A stretch of DNA of 64,000 bases from Acidimicrobiia bacterium (GTDB taxonomy: Bacteria > Actinomycetota > Acidimicrobiia > Spongiisociales > UBA11373), in contig JAFGCH010000001.1 of the NCBI GenBank assembly GCA_016932695.1, forward strand, positions 22,420 to 86,419, written 5' to 3'. The notes under the pieces are model-generated. The model did not search any database, was not told where the DNA came from, and worked only from the letters and a program-made list of their open reading frames with translations. The position numbers and the translations under genes are program-made. Below, piece by piece: positions 61,117 to 64,000 of this stretch. Numbering within the stretch: the stretch's first letter is position 1; each line of letters starts with the position of its first letter.

Positions 61117-63242
61117 TGGCCGGCGCGTTGCTCGCCGCTTGTAGCGGCGACTCCGCCGTGTTCACCACCACGACGACCACCACCGTGCCGACCACTACCA
61201 CTTCCCCTTCGACCACCACCAGCACCACCACCTCATCCACAACCACCACGCCACCCCCGTCGACGACTACCACGACGACCCTGCCCGGCGGGGAGCCGGG
61301 CGCGGTTCCCAGCGCCCTCCCCTCGAAGGCAGCCTTCGCCCCCTTCGCCGCGGTTCCCCTGCTCGACGGCACGTCCATGAGAATCCCCGACCAGCCCACC
61401 TCGCTGGACGACGTCTACTGGGAGTTCAAGGTCACCGATCCGGAGTACCCCGAGCCGCGCGCTCTGCGCGAAGACCTGGCGCGCGACGGCTTCGCCATCG
61501 ACGGTTCCTGGTCCAGCCAGGTGCTGCACACCATCTACTCGTACACCGCCCGTTACGCCGACGGCCCGGTGTACGTCACCACCGACGCCGGCTATCACGA
61601 GTGGCATCTGGTGTTCTCCAAGGCCCTGCGGGACACCGAGGAGCAGGTGCTCCTCCCCCTGCTGGAGGAGCTGGTCGGAGGGCTGCTGGCCGCCTCCACG
61701 GAGCCCGGCAACCCGCCCGATGACGCCGCCGCTCAGGAAGACGTCCGCCTCTACCTGCAGGCCGTCGCCACCATCCTGGGCCTCGACGCGGGGGTGATCG
61801 GCGCCCGGGCCACCGAGGAGGTCGGCCTGGTCGACCTGCACGCCGAAATGGCCGAGTCCCCGACGCTGGGCGTGGAGGTCGACTACACCCTGATGACCCC
61901 TCGCGGCCACTACACCCGGAGCGAGGGTCTCACCCGGTACTTCAAGGCCATGGCGATGTTGGGGGCGACGCCCTTCCCCATCGACGACCCCGATGCTCTC
62001 CGCCGGGCTTGGTGTCTGAGCTCTCTGCTCACCACCCGGCCGGCGCTCCTCGACGCCTGGGAGCGCATCTACGAAACGACGTCCTTTCTGGTGGGCGCCG
62101 CCGACGACTACACCCCGCGGGAACTGATGGCGGCGCTGGAAGCCGCAGGCGGAAGCAACGACGACGCTGCCATGGCTGCCGTGGGTGCCGCGCTGGCGGC
62201 CGTCCGCCCGGTGCTCATCGACGCCGAGAAGGCGTCGGTGCGCGCCATGGGGGCCCGCTTCGTGCTCGACTCGTTCCTGCTCGACCAACTGGTCCACCCC
62301 CAGGTGTGGCAGCGTCTCGAGGCTTCGGTGCTCGATGTCGCCGGCGCGATGGGATCCGACTGGGCCCTGGCCCAGCAGGAGGCGGCCGGCGTGCCCGCGG
62401 AGTACCCCGAGTACGGCGAACGCCTCACCGCCCTGCGCGACCTGGTCGCGACCCGTCCCCCGGCCGATTGGGGCGGCACGGTCTACGACGCCTGGCTCTA
62501 CGCCATCCTTCCCATGTGGCTCCCCCGCGGTGTCGAGTACCCCGATTACATGCAGACCGAGGCCTGGGCGGCTCGTTCCCATGAGGGGGGCTTCGGCTCC
62601 TATGCCGAGTTGAAGCACGACACCGTCCTCTACTCCAAGCAGGGTTTTGCCGAGGGCGACGAGCCGCTGCCCCCGGCCCCGCCCCGCCACTGGGTCGAGC
62701 CCGACCCGGTGCCCTTCGAGCGCCTGGCCGAGGCGGCCCGGCTGCTGCGCACCGGGCTGGCCGACCGGGCACTGCTCACCGACGAGACCCGCGACCTGCT
62801 CGACGGCCTCATCGCCATGGAGACTCGCTTCGGGCGCATCGCCCGCGACGAACTGGCCGGGCGCCCCATCTCGGCGGCCGACAACGACTGGCTGGCGGCG
62901 ATAGGCAGCGACTTCGAACTGCTATGGCTGCAGGCCGGAGACGGAGAGGCGGATTACCTGGGTGGCTTCGGTGACGACCCCGACAGCCGGGCCCCAGTGG
63001 TCGTGGACATCTTCTCCAATCCCTGGGATGCCCTGGAGATCGCCACCGGGGGCTTCGACACCCTGTACGTGCTGGTGCCCAACGACGAAGGGCACTTCCA
63101 GGTGGCCGTCGGGGCCGTCTACGCCTTCTACGAGTTCTGGGTGCCTCGCGGCGAGCGCCTCACCGACGAGGAGTGGCGGGAGATGCTGATGAACCGGGAA
63201 GCCCCGGACCGCCCGTCCTGGCTGGCCTTCCTCTACGAATGA
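61083..63242 (+). CDS. DUF3160-like lipoprotein with Thr/Pro-rich linker
   Basis: MRPSRRLLAVLMAGALLAACSG (lipobox), then TTTTTTTVPTTTTSPSTTTSTTTSSTTTTPPPSTTTTTT, then a large roughly 650-aa domain resembling DUF3160. Confidence 0.55.
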   Translation: MRPSRRLLAVLMAGALLAACSGDSAVFTTTTTTTVPTTTTSPSTTTSTTTSSTTTTPPPSTTTTTTLPGGEPGAVPSALPSKAAFAPFAAVPLLDGTSMRIPDQPTSLDDVYWEFKVTDPEYPEPRALREDLARDGFAIDGSWSSQVLHTIYSYTARYADGPVYVTTDAGYHEWHLVFSKALRDTEEQVLLPLLEELVGGLLAASTEPGNPPDDAAAQEDVRLYLQAVATILGLDAGVIGARATEEVGLVDLHAEMAESPTLGVEVDYTLMTPRGHYTRSEGLTRYFKAMAMLGATPFPIDDPDALRRAWCLSSLLTTRPALLDAWERIYETTSFLVGAADDYTPRELMAALEAAGGSNDDAAMAAVGAALAAVRPVLIDAEKASVRAMGARFVLDSFLLDQLVHPQVWQRLEASVLDVAGAMGSDWALAQQEAAGVPAEYPEYGERLTALRDLVATRPPADWGGTVYDAWLYAILPMWLPRGVEYPDYMQTEAWAARSHEGGFGSYAELKHDTVLYSKQGFAEGDEPLPPAPPRHWVEPDPVPFERLAEAARLLRTGLADRALLTDETRDLLDGLIAMETRFGRIARDELAGRPISAADNDWLAAIGSDFELLWLQAGDGEADYLGGFGDDPDSRAPVVVDIFSNPWDALEIATGGFDTLYVLVPNDEGHFQVAVGAVYAFYEFWVPRGERLTDEEWREMLMNREAPDRPSWLAFLYE

Positions 63243-63252
63243 GCGCCTACGA

Positions 63253-63756
63253 CTAAGCAGCCGGACTGCTCCCACCGCCCGACGCCAGGGGCCGGAGGCC
63301 GACTGCCTCCAGCGCCTGGCAGAAGTTGGTGAGCTGCTCGGGCGAGAGTGTGCCGGGGTCCAGGGCGTCCGCCTCCCCGGCGAGGTAGCGCTCCAGCGGC
63401 CGGCTCTGCCACCGGGGCAGGCCGCCCACCCGCAGCGAGTAGCCGTCGGCGAAGGTCAGCCGCGCGCTCTCCAGCAAAGGGCCGCGATGCACCCTCATTG
63501 CCTTTAGGTCACCCAGCGGGAAGTCGTGACGGGTCACCTCGCGACGGCGATGGAAGGTCCGTTTCGACAGGGCGATCCGGCCGCCGGCCACCAGCACCAC
63601 ATAGGGCCGGGTCGGGCCGCTCAGCCGCGACCACCAGGACACCTTGATGCCCAGTAGGCCGTAGCGCGGCCCACCGGCGGCGGGCAACTCATCGAGGAAG
63701 GCCCGGAAGGCTGCCAGGTCCTCGGGGGGGAGCCGGCGCCACACCGATCGGGCCAC
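63253..63756 (-). CDS. Hypothetical protein (bacterial PH-like domain)
   Basis: 167 aa. YVVLVAGGRIALSKRTFHRRREVTRHDFPLGDLKAMRV...ARLTFADGYSLRVGG resembles bPH-type folds. Confidence 0.35.
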   Translation of the reverse strand: MARSVWRRLPPEDLAAFRAFLDELPAAGGPRYGLLGIKVSWWSRLSGPTRPYVVLVAGGRIALSKRTFHRRREVTRHDFPLGDLKAMRVHRGPLLESARLTFADGYSLRVGGLPRWQSRPLERYLAGEADALDPGTLSPEQLTNFCQALEAVGLRPLASGGGSSPAA

Positions 63757-63766
63757 GGCACCCCCC

Positions 63767-64000
63767 TCAGTCCCGCCAGAAGGCGGTGCCGATGGCCGTG
63801 GGCGGGTCGCCGCTGAGCAGCCGGCGCCACCGCGGGTAGCGGTCGCCCAGGCGGCGCGACCAATCCTGGGACACCAGCAACAGGGCGAAGATCATCAGGG
63901 CGAAGGGGGTCATGGGAAGGATCTGGGCCAAGTCGGGCAGATGGGGCTGCAGCTTCAACGCCAGCACCGAGAGGGCACCGAAGAGATAGGCGCCGCCGGC
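63767..64000 (-). CDS. Hypothetical membrane protein, 5' end beyond the window
   Basis: The frame is open to the window end. Hydrophobic LQPHLPDLAQILPMTPFALMIFALLLVSQDW. Confidence 0.3.
   Translation of the reverse strand, partial: AGGAYLFGALSVLALKLQPHLPDLAQILPMTPFALMIFALLLVSQDWSRRLGDRYPRWRRLLSGDPPTAIGTAFWRD

Overview
This is a high-GC (roughly 70%) window of actinobacterial-type chromosome, mostly core genes packed on the minus strand.

Gene order (all minus unless marked +):
- leuS (3' end runs off the window start), then a divergent LacI-family regulator (+) and HpaB-family monooxygenase (+), a GNAT gene, tRNA-Ala, a CelD-like GNAT (+) and a membrane protein (+).
- rsfS, a LytR_C protein, nadD, an M23 peptidase and an orphan receiver; then a lipoprotein (+) and gnd (+).
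- obg, rpmA, rplU (with a Lys/Ala-rich tail), rne, tdk.
- rodA, mrdA(PBP2), mreD, mreC, mreB, ndk, folC, valS. Many junctions here are ATGA/TTGA start-stop overlaps.
- A divergent GT2 gene (+); then clpX, clpP, tig, followed by a tRNA array His-Arg-Gly-Pro.
- An O-methyltransferase between tRNA-Pro and tRNA-Lys, and a PPDK-like dikinase (+) that lacks the pyruvate/PEP TIM-barrel domain between tRNA-Lys and tRNA-Leu.
- degV, a secreted PKD/RTX-repeat/VanW protein, rdgB, rph and an MBL hydrolase.
- A lower-GC lipoprotein (+), an esterase lipoprotein, orphan pilT, an APC permease and a frameshifted DUF885 gene.

The accessory part (about 50.5-63.2 kb) holds four sulfotransferase genes of three families plus a fused GT2-GT4 glycosyltransferase, all on the plus strand. 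Next to it is a translationally coupled pair on the minus strand: a DEDDh 3'-5' exonuclease and a roughly 440-aa protein with a Pol-beta-type nucleotidyltransferase signature. Two coupled lipoproteins follow (CapA-like/FG-GAP, and DUF3160).

No CRISPR arrays, IS elements or rRNA were seen. Most long plus-strand ORFs in the track that sit opposite known genes are GC3-bias artefacts.

My line-based coordinates can differ by 1 nt from the ORF track at a few places.
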